A DNA stretch of 64,000 bases from a virus. Where the stretch lies: IMG/VR virus record IMGVR_UViG_3300025141_016157, positions 1-64,000 of that record. One strand, given 5' to 3'. The notes below the pieces were generated by a model, which saw nothing but the letters and a program-made list of their open reading frames with translations, was not told where the DNA came from and did no database searches. Of this stretch, positions 20,001 to 30,154 are shown piece by piece. How positions within the stretch are numbered: the first letter of the stretch is position 1; every line of letters begins with the position of its first letter. Position numbers and translations under genes: made by a program.

Positions 20001-20586
20001 AACAATGTTCTACTCTATGCTTTCACCAAAGTTTGATCTTTCTCAAACTGATGACAAGATAAGGGTAAGAAGTTATAATAACATTGAAAATATAGAAAAG
20101 AGTGATTATGCATCTTCTGCCCCTGTATACGAAGTTAGAAGGTCTGAGGAGCCAGACGACGACAATAGATTTGCCATAGAGTTTTCATCAGTAAAAGCTC
20201 TTGACGAAGATATAATGTCAATATTCTCTGATTTAATATTTTTTGACAACGCGATTGGAAAGCCGAGTTTGATATTCGATGAAATATATCCTGATCTTGA
20301 TCAGGCGAGAAAAGTTTATTTTAGAAGATTATTTTCAAAACCAGAGTTCCAGAATTACTTTTCTATGTTTAAGTGGTTTAATAATTCATTCGGTTATATT
20401 ATTGAACAGCTTATTCCAAGAAATACTAAGTTTTTAGGTATTGATTTCGTATATGAGTCACATCCTCTTGAAAGAAATAGATTTAGATATTTATTTGATG
20501 ATATATACCTTCTTTCAAATGAGAGATCATTTGATAGAGGCGACATTTTACTATCACAGTTTGTCGGTGATATCAAAAAATTCTAG
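17014..20586 (+). CDS. large baseplate wedge protein with LamG/concanavalin-like domains
   Basis: FTIECQL...FNHIA..YD...KIYVN...SGSIDELRVF LamG signature; NLPYVLKSKGTLQSVKSTIRSFG resembles P2 gpI/T4 gp7-type wedge motifs. Confidence 0.65.
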   Translation: MSTSKTKKIVSKRPLLFSKGSSTDSSSKKDIILKLLKDTNFGSTSSFRWDAPGVGIKNTQQVSVDWSKLENHVFFDSAQSKINVAFDIIVNSFPFDGSKKEVEAFFDSLTGYENYIFSRFPKYVGYLSLSGARGVAPDTDGNWIEVFDSTGYVFPNFSSKRDGSSPIDFSINPFTIECQLYVPDLENDNQILFQKRDSFKNGVTVALSSSASTSECDIVFSICSGSSFLLASASVEKGRFNHIANIYDRDIDNKAKIYVNSKLVMTSSKAEIFKSLSFNRASFMIGSGSSFAVDSRMLPGGEVEFSPRETMSGSIDELRVFHSIRSKLSQEKNSQRSIYATPDLKLYFKFNEATGSYRPEGVVLDSSGNSLHSIIKNFKENPCRVTGSVESPMEYEKTSLSPILFPDHYLVRRLNEQLLYSGSRYDRVNPNIITRLVPPHLFLEGQSEEGFETLQGQLFNPIKGQSIPGSLEMGSAQRLTAFLFIYAKMFDEIKIVLDTISNFLHVSYDEFDTVPDQLIPAVAKYYGIDLPSLFSNSTIFEFIDGEGLGDTYAYSRSLRDLQNQLWKRFLINLPYVLKSKGTLQSVKSTIRSFGINPDSLMNIREFGGPTKKSLESLRQNRIKDIPLLDFSSSMGTVPGTEDYQGFASNIPHIVSPFLSGSRIEPGYPNIQGEFVNRTEKMRNGISNNAEDGLHTSGSFTYEAYYRFLRPTRTGYKHQASQSLARICVTGSSIDKGAVLANLVACSGSNSSLRLFVRSSLFPTTPGIKLELTGTSIFNGDPWYVSFGRTRSDDIITSLSKSYLSPMISTNGSSSYFLRCSRVANGRIVESHETKSFLKDFLTTTGFENMLTSYNVSGTFIVIGSQSLGDYGARFLNDTSLGSETGFDTEDNIPAKVTDFSGQVGKIRFWSTDLGKREAKDHALNPASIGSKNPNINYNFVSQNTGSFQRARLDIQLEQPATSSDSSGEISLTNFTQTVGNFSGRAFEPDVDVIKHETMFYSMLSPKFDLSQTDDKIRVRSYNNIENIEKSDYASSAPVYEVRRSEEPDDDNRFAIEFSSVKALDEDIMSIFSDLIFFDNAIGKPSLIFDEIYPDLDQARKVYFRRLFSKPEFQNYFSMFKWFNNSFGYIIEQLIPRNTKFLGIDFVYESHPLERNRFRYLFDDIYLLSNERSFDRGDILLSQFVGDIKKF

Positions 20587-20597
20587 AGGTTTTTAAA

Positions 20598-21458
20598 GTG
20601 CCAATACAACCATTTATAGATAGACCAAAAATTGACTTAGATAGGGCATATTATATGCCAGAAGTTGTTACAGGAAGCCTAGCATCGGGTGATATTACAA
20701 AGTATAAACAGGGTGTAAGCATAAGATCTACGTCAGATGCTTTGAAAAAACTGACTCCAATGCTCAGCTCTATGGGCCTTCCTGAAAATGTTAGAAGTTC
20801 TATTGACTATAGCCTTGAGAAGACTACATATGGATATGTCCAGCTATTTATAGACTCTGACAATGAAATAGATGTTGCACCATATAATGATATAGCAACT
20901 TTAAATGATCCCGTTAAGTTTCTTCAAGATGATGGAATTACTGCTTATCCGCAAATAATGCTTAGCCCTAACTGGCTAGATCCCGGAATGATGAACGGTA
21001 TTATAGAACCTTTGCAAGTAAGAGGTACTCTTCCCGGTGCGTCTATTGAATCTCCATTCGTTGCACATACAATTAGATCGTCATTAATGTCTTCACCCGT
21101 CCAGTATGAAAGATATTTTAATCAAGATGGAGGAGATAAGTTTAATAATGCTGTTCCGTTTATAGATTCACAAGATTTGGCAATGACAGGGGATGGTCTT
21201 AAATTATCAACTGATGGAATTGGAGATTTTGGAACAAAACCAATAAGTCCATTTGATGATTATACTACAGTTATACACAACTCACTTAAGTCTCAAAGTG
21301 AGTCACTCTTTAACGATTTTATCGGAGTTGGAATAATTTCTAATAAAGTATCTTCAACTTTTAACTATGACTCGGAGAGGACAGTGATTATTGGCGAGAC
21401 AGGAATAAGAAATGTAACGGGTATTGACTCTATTGCATTCGGGGGCTTGATGAGATAA
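20598..21458 (+). CDS. hypothetical virion protein
   Basis: GAGG RBS before GTG; located in the structural operon. Confidence 0.6.
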   Translation: MPIQPFIDRPKIDLDRAYYMPEVVTGSLASGDITKYKQGVSIRSTSDALKKLTPMLSSMGLPENVRSSIDYSLEKTTYGYVQLFIDSDNEIDVAPYNDIATLNDPVKFLQDDGITAYPQIMLSPNWLDPGMMNGIIEPLQVRGTLPGASIESPFVAHTIRSSLMSSPVQYERYFNQDGGDKFNNAVPFIDSQDLAMTGDGLKLSTDGIGDFGTKPISPFDDYTTVIHNSLKSQSESLFNDFIGVGIISNKVSSTFNYDSERTVIIGETGIRNVTGIDSIAFGGLMR

Positions 21459-24400
21459 TGCCTGTTTACTTAAAAAAACGAGACTATACCCTAAAGAAAC
21501 ATTTTGTTGGTGGCGGTGGTGTCTATAATCTTCAAGATGCTAGAGATCTAGTGCTTTGGGCGCGATTAAAAGAATCCCCAGAAGACTCAAGCGTAAATAG
21601 TATTACTATATCTTATACGGGCTCACCAACTACTTCAAATCCATTAATTCCGAACAAATCGGTGTGTAGAATAGGAGAGCTTCCAGCAGCAGAATTTCCT
21701 TCATCATCTGAGTTTGCCGCAGTAGCTGCATCGTCTCACTTAGATTTTTCCGGAGAGGTGCCCTTTACTATATCAGGGTGGGTCAAGCTGGAGACATCTG
21801 GAACCAAGACTATTGTATCAATGCCCAATGTTGCAAATTCAGATGCAGGATGGTGGCTACTTATTAAAAATTCTTCACTACAACTTTCCCTCGGGGGTAC
21901 GGGCGGAGGTGCAATTATATCATCCCAGCTTCCCGGTGCAATTCCACCAGATGTGTGGAGTCACTTTGCAGCAACGTATGATGGAAGGGGTCACTATACG
22001 GGAATTAATCTTTACGTAAATGGTAGAAAAGCAATAACCAAGAACGACTCTGCAGGAACATTTACATCACTTGATGCTGATGGATCAAGATCATTAAAGA
22101 TAGGCATAGGGTGGAATTCTACTATCCACCCCCTACAAGATAGTCTATCCGAAGTTTCAATATGGAAAAAAGAGCTTTCTAAGTCTGCTGTAACAGCGCT
22201 TTATCATGCAACTGCCGGAAGGTATGTGGCAAAATCAGGAATAGTATCACTTCCGAATAGAGTAAGACTTAGAGATGTTGATAGCCTAACAGGTTCTTAC
22301 CCAACACATCTAAGAACAACTGGCTTTTCTGGAAGCCTCAAGGGAAACGGGAAGCAGATTTTTAACGATACAAAAACTCAAATATTTAAATCAATACCAG
22401 ATGCAATATTTCCTCTTGTAAATGATAAAGAAAATTTAGAAAATGCAAATTTAACAAACCTAATTGCGTCACCAAACCAAAATTCAAACTTAGTTGGGAA
22501 AGGAATTGCTGGTCCGTTTTTATCAACTCAAGGATTTAGAAGTCATATTGATTATGGAATGGAGAATCATGCATTTGATGAAACAAGAGTCTCACTTTTG
22601 CCAAAAGAAGTGCACTTTTATGCATCAGGAACATCTGGAAGTATCTATAGCGGATTTTCATCACCCCTAAGGGACAAGATAGCGATATCTATCCCGATAA
22701 ATAACTCTACTGAGAAGATGATTACTAGGTTTAATACAAAGGAGCTTCCGTGGTTCGACTCAGAGAACGAGGGTATCTATCCACCAGGTTTTCAATCAAC
22801 TGGATTTTACTATTATAACTTTTCAGGTTCAAGGTGGGAAGACAAGGGGTTTGAATACTCAAGCTTTAGCGGTGACGCTATAAACACTATGTTCTATTAT
22901 AGCGACACACCTATGGGATATAATACAATATATCTAGGTCGGCAAATTCCTCGATGGGATGGCACTCTTCTTCCAGCATTTGTTGGCGGGGGACCGAAAA
23001 TGGAAAAGTGGACAAAGATGCAACAATTTAAAATGTCTGATCATTCAGGAGTTGTTATTGATTCAAAAGCTGATCCCCAGCGATTCAAATCTGAAGATCC
23101 CTATGCTATCCTTACAGCATCTTTAGCATATGACAAGATAGGTGCACCAACAGTTACTGGATTGGCACCTGCAAATTCAAGATATCATGCTACTAGTAGT
23201 CAGCTAGTACCTCTTTCTGACTACATTGCAAGACCATTTCTTTTAGAAAAGGCTGTACTGGAAATACCTGTAATTGTTCAAAGACAAAGGGGCGACTACA
23301 AATATAACGATCCTAACACCCGATACTACGAATCTTCAAGGGATATCGATAATTATACGTTTTTCCTGTATAGGCAGCGCAGAGCTCCCGGCGCAGAAAG
23401 AGATGTGCATAGAGATGAAAATGGATCTACTAGAATGCTTGTTGCAAGTGGATGTGCATCTTTCTACAATAGCAATGCATTTTCCGGCAGGGTTCCAGAG
23501 ATGATTAAGTCACGAGGTCTCCCGCATGGGCCAGCATTTTCTCATGACTGGGATGTATCTGCCAATGTTGAATCAGGGCTTGCAGGAGCACCGCTTATAA
23601 CAGCATTTACAGGAACAATCAGGATAGAGATGGAAGCAGCTGTTGGAAATGGACAACCGCTAGGCAGCTCAAGATTTCCAATAATTTCTACATCTGTTGC
23701 TGCCCCATCAACATCATCGCTAGCAATGCCAAATGGGTTCAGAAGTGTATGTACACAAGATTTTTGGTGTGGCGGAGTCCAAAATTACTCTGGATCAACC
23801 CCATATAATAAATCAGTATCTTCTGACCAGGCAGTCTCTCTTCCAATTAATTCAAGTAACTTTATAGGTGATATCAAAAACACTGTTGTTGCAGCATTGT
23901 CACCGTACGGAATAGGTCAGACAAGCACTCCTTCAACATGCTCAATGGGTCCCAATAATTTTTCAATATTTAGAAGCGAAAGATCACTTCTTCCTCTTTC
24001 ACTAGGAACGTCATTGTGGAATGAACCAAGGAAAAGAGTTCACGGCGACACAAACACACAGCCAGCTCATGATGGAAAGCTAGCACCATACCCAAAAGAA
24101 TCACTTGGAATCATAGGATATACAAATATGTACTATCCGACTACTGCAGGAACTTTATTTAGAATCTATCCTACATTTTTTGGACCATATGCAGCTTCTC
24201 AAACATCCCCATTCCTATTTTTCCCTGGCGACGATCTTGTTCTCGGGATAGATGCAGGAATATCAATGCTCCAGGCATCAGGATCAAGTGCTAATTTAGA
24301 TTATATAGCTATAGGGGCTGATGCTGGATCTGACCTTGGCTTCTATTCTGCTAGCGCGGCAGATAGAGAGAACTTTGGATGTATGTCTGGCTCATTTATG

Positions 24401-25720
24401 AAAATACTTACAGGGGAAGCAAATATCACGTTGTTTGGATCTGAAGTAAAAGAAAATCATGAGATGCTTCTATCTACAAATCAAAATTTAACATCAAATG
24501 CAATTCACGAGGCAATTGGAACTGAAAGGGTTCTGGATCAGTTTGAAATAATGTCAAGACTTGATATGTCAGGATCATACCTTGACAGACATGTTGTAGG
24601 TGCAATGGTAAAAAGTATGAATACCTCTAATGCCCTGTCAATTGATGGCGGATTAAACTGGGCCGGTGATGGAATACAGTTCGACGATGCTGTAGCCACC
24701 GTCTCGCCTGCAAGAAGAGTTCTAGGATTGCATTCAAAAAGATATATCAAAGTACCATCTGCATATGGAGCAGCAGCGTCCAAGGATTCTCGCAAAATAT
24801 TTGGGATAACAGAGTTTCCCGTTTCTGATCCAGAAACAGGAACACCGCCCTGGATGAAGTGGCCAATCTCGGGGTGGGAGATCACTAGAGATCCTGGGTT
24901 TATAACACCCGGTCCCGCAACTGTTATAGGAGCACCAATAAACTCTCTTCAGAGATTTATCACTCTAAATACTGTGGATGAAATATTCTATGATAGTATG
25001 GAACCCTCTATTACAGATCTAGTATCACGATCAGAGGGAATGATATACATTCCAAACGGAGTTCATAATGCAACTGCTGCTGGAAAGATTCCAATGCTTG
25101 ATTTTTCTGCAACATCATCTGTTGACTATGTATATAGAACCAATCCACAGAGATATATGCAACAAAACTTTGTTCTTAGGTTGCATGCAACAAAAGAGGG
25201 GCACATCTCACCTTCTACTATTTATCTAGATTTTTATAATAAAAATAGTTTATCAGCGCAAAGAATAAGAAGGATTTCAGTTTTTAATCGTGGATTTTTT
25301 ATTGAAACTGGAAAAGCTCCGCTAACACCGACCTCGGTGGATAGAGAGTTTGATTACGGAAAAGTTCATGGCCAAGGAGCATACGGAACAAGATATGGAA
25401 TGATCTCACCGACAATTAAAAAATCAAAATCTATATTTAGAATGAACAGATACGGACAGTTTCGTGATATGCTTGAGCAAAGAAATGATACAAAATATTT
25501 TGGAATGCTTGACAATGAGACAAGAACACTAGTTGGAGACGGTCCAATACAAGTAAAATTTGTTAACCAGTCAGATGGTGTAACTCCTGTGGATCCATAT
25601 TCCACAGATTCATTTAACTTCTGGCCAGAATATTCATCTTCATGCCCATATAATGAAAGTGATCCCACCACAGTCGATAGTGATGCACACCTAGACTATA
25701 TACTGGAATTATTGAGCTAG
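21458..25720 (+). CDS. large virion protein with N-terminal LamG domain
   Basis: PFTISGWVK...WSHFAATYDG...LYVNG...LSEVSIWKKELS. Confidence 0.7.
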   Translation: MPVYLKKRDYTLKKHFVGGGGVYNLQDARDLVLWARLKESPEDSSVNSITISYTGSPTTSNPLIPNKSVCRIGELPAAEFPSSSEFAAVAASSHLDFSGEVPFTISGWVKLETSGTKTIVSMPNVANSDAGWWLLIKNSSLQLSLGGTGGGAIISSQLPGAIPPDVWSHFAATYDGRGHYTGINLYVNGRKAITKNDSAGTFTSLDADGSRSLKIGIGWNSTIHPLQDSLSEVSIWKKELSKSAVTALYHATAGRYVAKSGIVSLPNRVRLRDVDSLTGSYPTHLRTTGFSGSLKGNGKQIFNDTKTQIFKSIPDAIFPLVNDKENLENANLTNLIASPNQNSNLVGKGIAGPFLSTQGFRSHIDYGMENHAFDETRVSLLPKEVHFYASGTSGSIYSGFSSPLRDKIAISIPINNSTEKMITRFNTKELPWFDSENEGIYPPGFQSTGFYYYNFSGSRWEDKGFEYSSFSGDAINTMFYYSDTPMGYNTIYLGRQIPRWDGTLLPAFVGGGPKMEKWTKMQQFKMSDHSGVVIDSKADPQRFKSEDPYAILTASLAYDKIGAPTVTGLAPANSRYHATSSQLVPLSDYIARPFLLEKAVLEIPVIVQRQRGDYKYNDPNTRYYESSRDIDNYTFFLYRQRRAPGAERDVHRDENGSTRMLVASGCASFYNSNAFSGRVPEMIKSRGLPHGPAFSHDWDVSANVESGLAGAPLITAFTGTIRIEMEAAVGNGQPLGSSRFPIISTSVAAPSTSSLAMPNGFRSVCTQDFWCGGVQNYSGSTPYNKSVSSDQAVSLPINSSNFIGDIKNTVVAALSPYGIGQTSTPSTCSMGPNNFSIFRSERSLLPLSLGTSLWNEPRKRVHGDTNTQPAHDGKLAPYPKESLGIIGYTNMYYPTTAGTLFRIYPTFFGPYAASQTSPFLFFPGDDLVLGIDAGISMLQASGSSANLDYIAIGADAGSDLGFYSASAADRENFGCMSGSFMKILTGEANITLFGSEVKENHEMLLSTNQNLTSNAIHEAIGTERVLDQFEIMSRLDMSGSYLDRHVVGAMVKSMNTSNALSIDGGLNWAGDGIQFDDAVATVSPARRVLGLHSKRYIKVPSAYGAAASKDSRKIFGITEFPVSDPETGTPPWMKWPISGWEITRDPGFITPGPATVIGAPINSLQRFITLNTVDEIFYDSMEPSITDLVSRSEGMIYIPNGVHNATAAGKIPMLDFSATSSVDYVYRTNPQRYMQQNFVLRLHATKEGHISPSTIYLDFYNKNSLSAQRIRRISVFNRGFFIETGKAPLTPTSVDREFDYGKVHGQGAYGTRYGMISPTIKKSKSIFRMNRYGQFRDMLEQRNDTKYFGMLDNETRTLVGDGPIQVKFVNQSDGVTPVDPYSTDSFNFWPEYSSSCPYNESDPTTVDSDAHLDYILELLS

Positions 25721-25723
25721 AAA

Positions 25724-28144
25724 ATGGCAGTTAAGAAAAAAACTATTAAAAAAATTGAAAAGATAATACGAAGAAAGAAACCGTCTGGTGAGATTGAAAG
25801 TGTTAAATTTCCAAATCGAATAGAGATGGGTCTTGATGATGAAGAGTTTCAAACCGGTCTGCAAGTTTATGGAAATTTATCTATAACCGGATCAGTTATT
25901 ACCAAGGAGTACGTGAACTTTGGTGAATCTCCCGGAGAGGGTGGATATGGATTTAGAGATAGTGGAGGAACTATTCAGTTTAGAAATAAGCCTGGCCTAT
26001 CTCCTACATCTTGGACAAATCTAGGGCAAGGCGGCGGCGGATCTCCCGGAGGATCAAACACACAGGTTCAATTTAATGATAGTAGTGCTTTCGGCGGAGA
26101 TTCAAACTTTATATTTAATAAAACAAGCAATACTCTTACTGTCTCTAATATTTCTTCATCACTCACGAGGCTGTCATCTGGAGAATCATACATAGCTGGA
26201 GGAACAAATATAACTGTCGTCTCAAGCTCTGCAGGTCAAATAACAATTTCAGCATCAGATTTTGGTGCAAATATAGTTTCAGGATCTACTGAGATAGATG
26301 ATGTATCAAAGTTAAATGTAACAAATCTTGCCCTTATGAGTAATCTTGGTAGCGGAGTTGTTGCGCTTACTGGAACTATTGGAAATCCAGAGGACGGCTC
26401 TTACTCTGACGGTCTATTTACAGACTTCTTTGAAGGAACACCTGTTGGGACTGCAATTGATAGATTCAATGAGGTTCTAAAGGGCCTTGCACCTGCTGCT
26501 GCACCCTCTCTTGACGATATAGACTGTAATGACTCAGGGGCTAATGCAAAACTATCATTTGGGTCATCTCAGTCAATATCCGGATATACAAATGCACAGC
26601 CAAGCACATTGACACCTGCAAGCAGTCTTTCTGACGTTAACATAAATGGAGCATATAGCTCAGCAATCACTAGCAATGATGTTCGAGTTGCATGTTTTAG
26701 CGGAGCAACTGTTGTAGATGGAACTCTCAATGCAGATATAGCAGCTGATAGTCCAAACTATGCAGCAGACTCATTTGGAAATGGAAATCAGGGAACACTT
26801 AAACTATTTGTAAATAATAACACAACAGAAATTCACTCTGTAGACTTGAGCTCATTTGGATCTGGCAATTCTTTAAATGGTAATGGATCAGGTTTTAATC
26901 TAACGGCAACGACCCCGGGACATTTCTCTGACGGAAGTAATTTCGCAACGTTTCAGCACAGGCAGGGAACATATACAATAGCGACATCTGACCAAAGAAA
27001 CGGCTGGAACTATGCAAGGGTTGTACAAACTATAGGCGGGACAGACACAACATGTAACTATGTTGAATGGATCAATGATAGTGATAACAATGCACTGGCA
27101 GCAGCGGGTTCAGCTCTAGATACACTTTCAATGACAGGCCTTAAAACACTATCGGGTGTTAGGTACAATACAGGAGGAACTGCACAGTACCGCGTAAGAG
27201 TAACAAATGCATATAGGAACGTATACTCACAAAACAGTATAACATTTACTGATGCAAATTGCAGCGTTTCATCACAGTCATTTCCTTCTATAAATTATGC
27301 TGGGGGCGAAAATGAGCAAAAAATTCTTCATCTAACGGGATCTGCAACAATAAATGCTGATCCAATCTTAAATGAATCAATAACAGTAAGTGTCAATGTA
27401 CCACACCCACTAAAGTCCAATCTTTCCAATGCAGGATCTCAGTCAATTGCAGGAATATTACTTTATAATCTTTCAAATAATTCAACTGTAACATCAGAAA
27501 CTTTTAGAGCAGAGAATTATAGAAAGCTTTCTGGAAGCTATGGTTCACAGTCTGATATTACTAGCAACTCTAACAACTGGGTTTCTTCTTATCACATGAG
27601 TGGAACAAATACAGGATATCAAGACGGTCTTATGTTCTATGACAGCAGGCTTAGGGCACCAAGACAAGGAGCAAATAACGGAGACTTTAGAAACTCATCG
27701 GATGGTGGCTCTATTTCTAACGGTCCTGATGAGAATGTAAATTATAGCACAATAACTAGCGGAAAAAGAACATTCTATAGATACTTTCAAAACAATTCTG
27801 GCGGAGCAAAAACAGATTTTTCATTAACTATTAACGGATCGGGAACAATTGTCTCACAAGGAACATCCCTGGGAACCGGAAATATTTCAGCTCTTGTTAA
27901 GTTACCTACAACATCTGGGAATCAGTCAACAGGATGGATGGATCTTGCAGTTCCATTTTCTACAGGTGAGACTTCTGATGGTGATGGATGTCTCAATGGA
28001 TCGTTCGATAGCTCTCTCAATGCAACAAATAATGTAACATTTGGAACAGTGTTTGTTGATAGCAATGAATATATTATGTTAAAAATAGAAGCAGACGCAT
28101 CGTTTACAGGAAATATTAATACTATTTCTATTTCTTGGTCGTGA
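25724..28144 (+). CDS. tail fibre-like protein
   Basis: GSPGGSNTQVQFNDSSAFGGDSNFIFN fibre motif; S/G/N/T-rich; shares a module with the next ORF. Confidence 0.65.
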   Translation: MAVKKKTIKKIEKIIRRKKPSGEIESVKFPNRIEMGLDDEEFQTGLQVYGNLSITGSVITKEYVNFGESPGEGGYGFRDSGGTIQFRNKPGLSPTSWTNLGQGGGGSPGGSNTQVQFNDSSAFGGDSNFIFNKTSNTLTVSNISSSLTRLSSGESYIAGGTNITVVSSSAGQITISASDFGANIVSGSTEIDDVSKLNVTNLALMSNLGSGVVALTGTIGNPEDGSYSDGLFTDFFEGTPVGTAIDRFNEVLKGLAPAAAPSLDDIDCNDSGANAKLSFGSSQSISGYTNAQPSTLTPASSLSDVNINGAYSSAITSNDVRVACFSGATVVDGTLNADIAADSPNYAADSFGNGNQGTLKLFVNNNTTEIHSVDLSSFGSGNSLNGNGSGFNLTATTPGHFSDGSNFATFQHRQGTYTIATSDQRNGWNYARVVQTIGGTDTTCNYVEWINDSDNNALAAAGSALDTLSMTGLKTLSGVRYNTGGTAQYRVRVTNAYRNVYSQNSITFTDANCSVSSQSFPSINYAGGENEQKILHLTGSATINADPILNESITVSVNVPHPLKSNLSNAGSQSIAGILLYNLSNNSTVTSETFRAENYRKLSGSYGSQSDITSNSNNWVSSYHMSGTNTGYQDGLMFYDSRLRAPRQGANNGDFRNSSDGGSISNGPDENVNYSTITSGKRTFYRYFQNNSGGAKTDFSLTINGSGTIVSQGTSLGTGNISALVKLPTTSGNQSTGWMDLAVPFSTGETSDGDGCLNGSFDSSLNATNNVTFGTVFVDSNEYIMLKIEADASFTGNINTISISWS

Positions 28145-28151
28145 GGATTTA

Positions 28152-29801
28152 ATGGCTCTTTCAGATACCAGTAAAATTAACATATCAATAAAGAAGCTAA
28201 GTGGAAAAGCACAAACTTCAAATGATAAAGACCTGGCAAATGAGGGATTACCTACTGGTCTTACTCTTTCAGCAGAAACAATATTTGGAGATTCAATACC
28301 TACTTCTCCTACAAAGGGCTCACTTTACGATACTACAGCAGGTACTGTTGAATACCTAAGGCTTTCTGCATCATTCATTGCAGGTACTGATACTTCGAGT
28401 GGAAGGCATGCATTTGCACTTAAGCTTCCTGATAACTATGAATCAAATTCATCAAATAGTAAAGCTGGAACATATCCGTTTATAAATAGTCAAGTTATAT
28501 ACATCACAAGCGGAGCACTTCAACTAGTCCCTACTTCGTTTTCAACAAACTATGAGGCAGTTCCTTACCACACTGGAAGTGGTGAAACTTCTATACCTGT
28601 TCTTGATGCAAGAGATTGGAATTTAGATTATTTCAACGGTATATTTTTTCAACAAGACCCACCAGCAACGGGCGATAGTAATCAAAACCCTAGATATGTT
28701 GATGCATTTCTATATATCGGATCTTCAGTAAAGGATAGGACTGCTAGTGGTAATGGAGATCCAAACGCTCAATATCTTGTTTTATCTGCAACAGGGTCAC
28801 TGCCGAATGAAAGAGTTTTTACTCCAGGATTGGGAATAGATGGTGTCGATGCAGGTGTGGGATCTTCATATACACTAAAAATAAAAGATTCAATTGTTGC
28901 AACATTAACAGGATCTCAGTTTTCTGGAAATGTAGGTATAACAGGATCATTTGGAGTTACATCAACATCAATATTTGGAAATGGCAGTAGTTTATCTGGA
29001 GCAGATAATAACTTTTTTGTGTCTGGTGCTATAGGTTCTAGGGGCACCACAATAAAAGGTACCTCCGTTTTCGGCGGGGATGTTGTAATATCTGGATCAC
29101 TCTATGGCGGAAGCCCTCTCACTATTGGTGACGGAATCTTTGTAACGGGATCTTCTGAATTTTCATCAGGTTTATCAGGTTCATTAACTAAGCTAACTGA
29201 TGGGACTTCATACTTAATAGCTGGATCTGGAATCAGTATTGCTTCAGCATCAGGAGGTCCGGTAACAATTACTGGAACAGCAGTCAGTGCTGAATGGACT
29301 GATGAAGGAGATATTCTAAGACCCAATGATGGTGTTGGTGAGCAGGCAGGATTCGGCTCAACTGGTAATAACCCGGCTTCATATCATACACTGATAGGAT
29401 CGGGAAGCATCAAGACTATTGGATTTGTCACTGCATCGATGGGATTCTCAGGCTCTCTTACAAGACTTCCAGATGGCTCCAGTTATCTTGTAGCAGGAAA
29501 CAGTATAAGTATATCAAGTGCTTCAAACGGAAGCATTACAGTAGGGTTTATCAGCCCAGAAAGAGTAAAATCTGATAGACTTCTTGACTCTGTAATCTTT
29601 GCAGGCCAAGATTGTGATATTTCTGCAAACTTTAGCTCTGCAAACTATAGCTTTAATAAAGTTGATATATTTGTAAATGGACAGTTGATGATAAGTGGAT
29701 CTTCAAGAGATTATATGCTAAATACTAGCAAAACAGGAAGTATACGCTTTAATTTTGACCTACTTAAAAATGATATAGTAGTCTCAGTTGTGAATACTTA
29801 A
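28152..29801 (+). CDS. tail fibre-like protein with repeated modules
   Basis: Two SGSLT(K/R)L.DG.SYL.AG..ISI.SAS.G..T modules; C-terminal VFVNGQL-type domain (here IFVNGQL). Confidence 0.65.
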   Translation: MALSDTSKINISIKKLSGKAQTSNDKDLANEGLPTGLTLSAETIFGDSIPTSPTKGSLYDTTAGTVEYLRLSASFIAGTDTSSGRHAFALKLPDNYESNSSNSKAGTYPFINSQVIYITSGALQLVPTSFSTNYEAVPYHTGSGETSIPVLDARDWNLDYFNGIFFQQDPPATGDSNQNPRYVDAFLYIGSSVKDRTASGNGDPNAQYLVLSATGSLPNERVFTPGLGIDGVDAGVGSSYTLKIKDSIVATLTGSQFSGNVGITGSFGVTSTSIFGNGSSLSGADNNFFVSGAIGSRGTTIKGTSVFGGDVVISGSLYGGSPLTIGDGIFVTGSSEFSSGLSGSLTKLTDGTSYLIAGSGISIASASGGPVTITGTAVSAEWTDEGDILRPNDGVGEQAGFGSTGNNPASYHTLIGSGSIKTIGFVTASMGFSGSLTRLPDGSSYLVAGNSISISSASNGSITVGFISPERVKSDRLLDSVIFAGQDCDISANFSSANYSFNKVDIFVNGQLMISGSSRDYMLNTSKTGSIRFNFDLLKNDIVVSVVNT

Positions 29802-29808
29802 GAATTGG

Positions 29809-30042
29809 ATGGTTTTAAACGTGATAAAAAAATATACAACATCTGACATTGGGCTTGCATCATATATTCTTTTAAGCGGAGGTAAATTACTTTCAGTTGC
29901 AAAAGGTAGATCTGGATATGAGATATCATTTGACGACTCAGATGACAAATGTTTAAACTTCTCTGTACAGTATTTAAATTCAGAATTTACAAAATATGAC
30001 ATGTACTCAAAAAACTTAAGACTTTTATTAAAGAATTGTTGA
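29809..30042 (+). CDS. small DUF5659-like protein
   Basis: YTTSDIGLASYILLSGGKLL N-terminus resembles DUF5659; preceded by ATACTTA at 29794-29800. Confidence 0.5.
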   Translation: MVLNVIKKYTTSDIGLASYILLSGGKLLSVAKGRSGYEISFDDSDDKCLNFSVQYLNSEFTKYDMYSKNLRLLLKNC

Positions 30043-30154
30043 AAAGTTAAAATTATAGAATATATAGGATTGTTCGTTCTCTTATTTGATTGTTTGCTTA
30101 CATAAAGTTTAGTTGTTTTCCTAATAAAGCTATTAACAAACAAGGAGAACAAAA

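Noticed and set aside
25718-25726. TAG-AAA-ATG in-frame junction (similar at 11980 and 47284) suggesting amber recoding or readthrough
   Set aside because: Other TAG-ended genes are followed by out-of-frame genes or prompt TAA stops, long ORFs are intact under code 11, and about one junction in three is in frame by chance.
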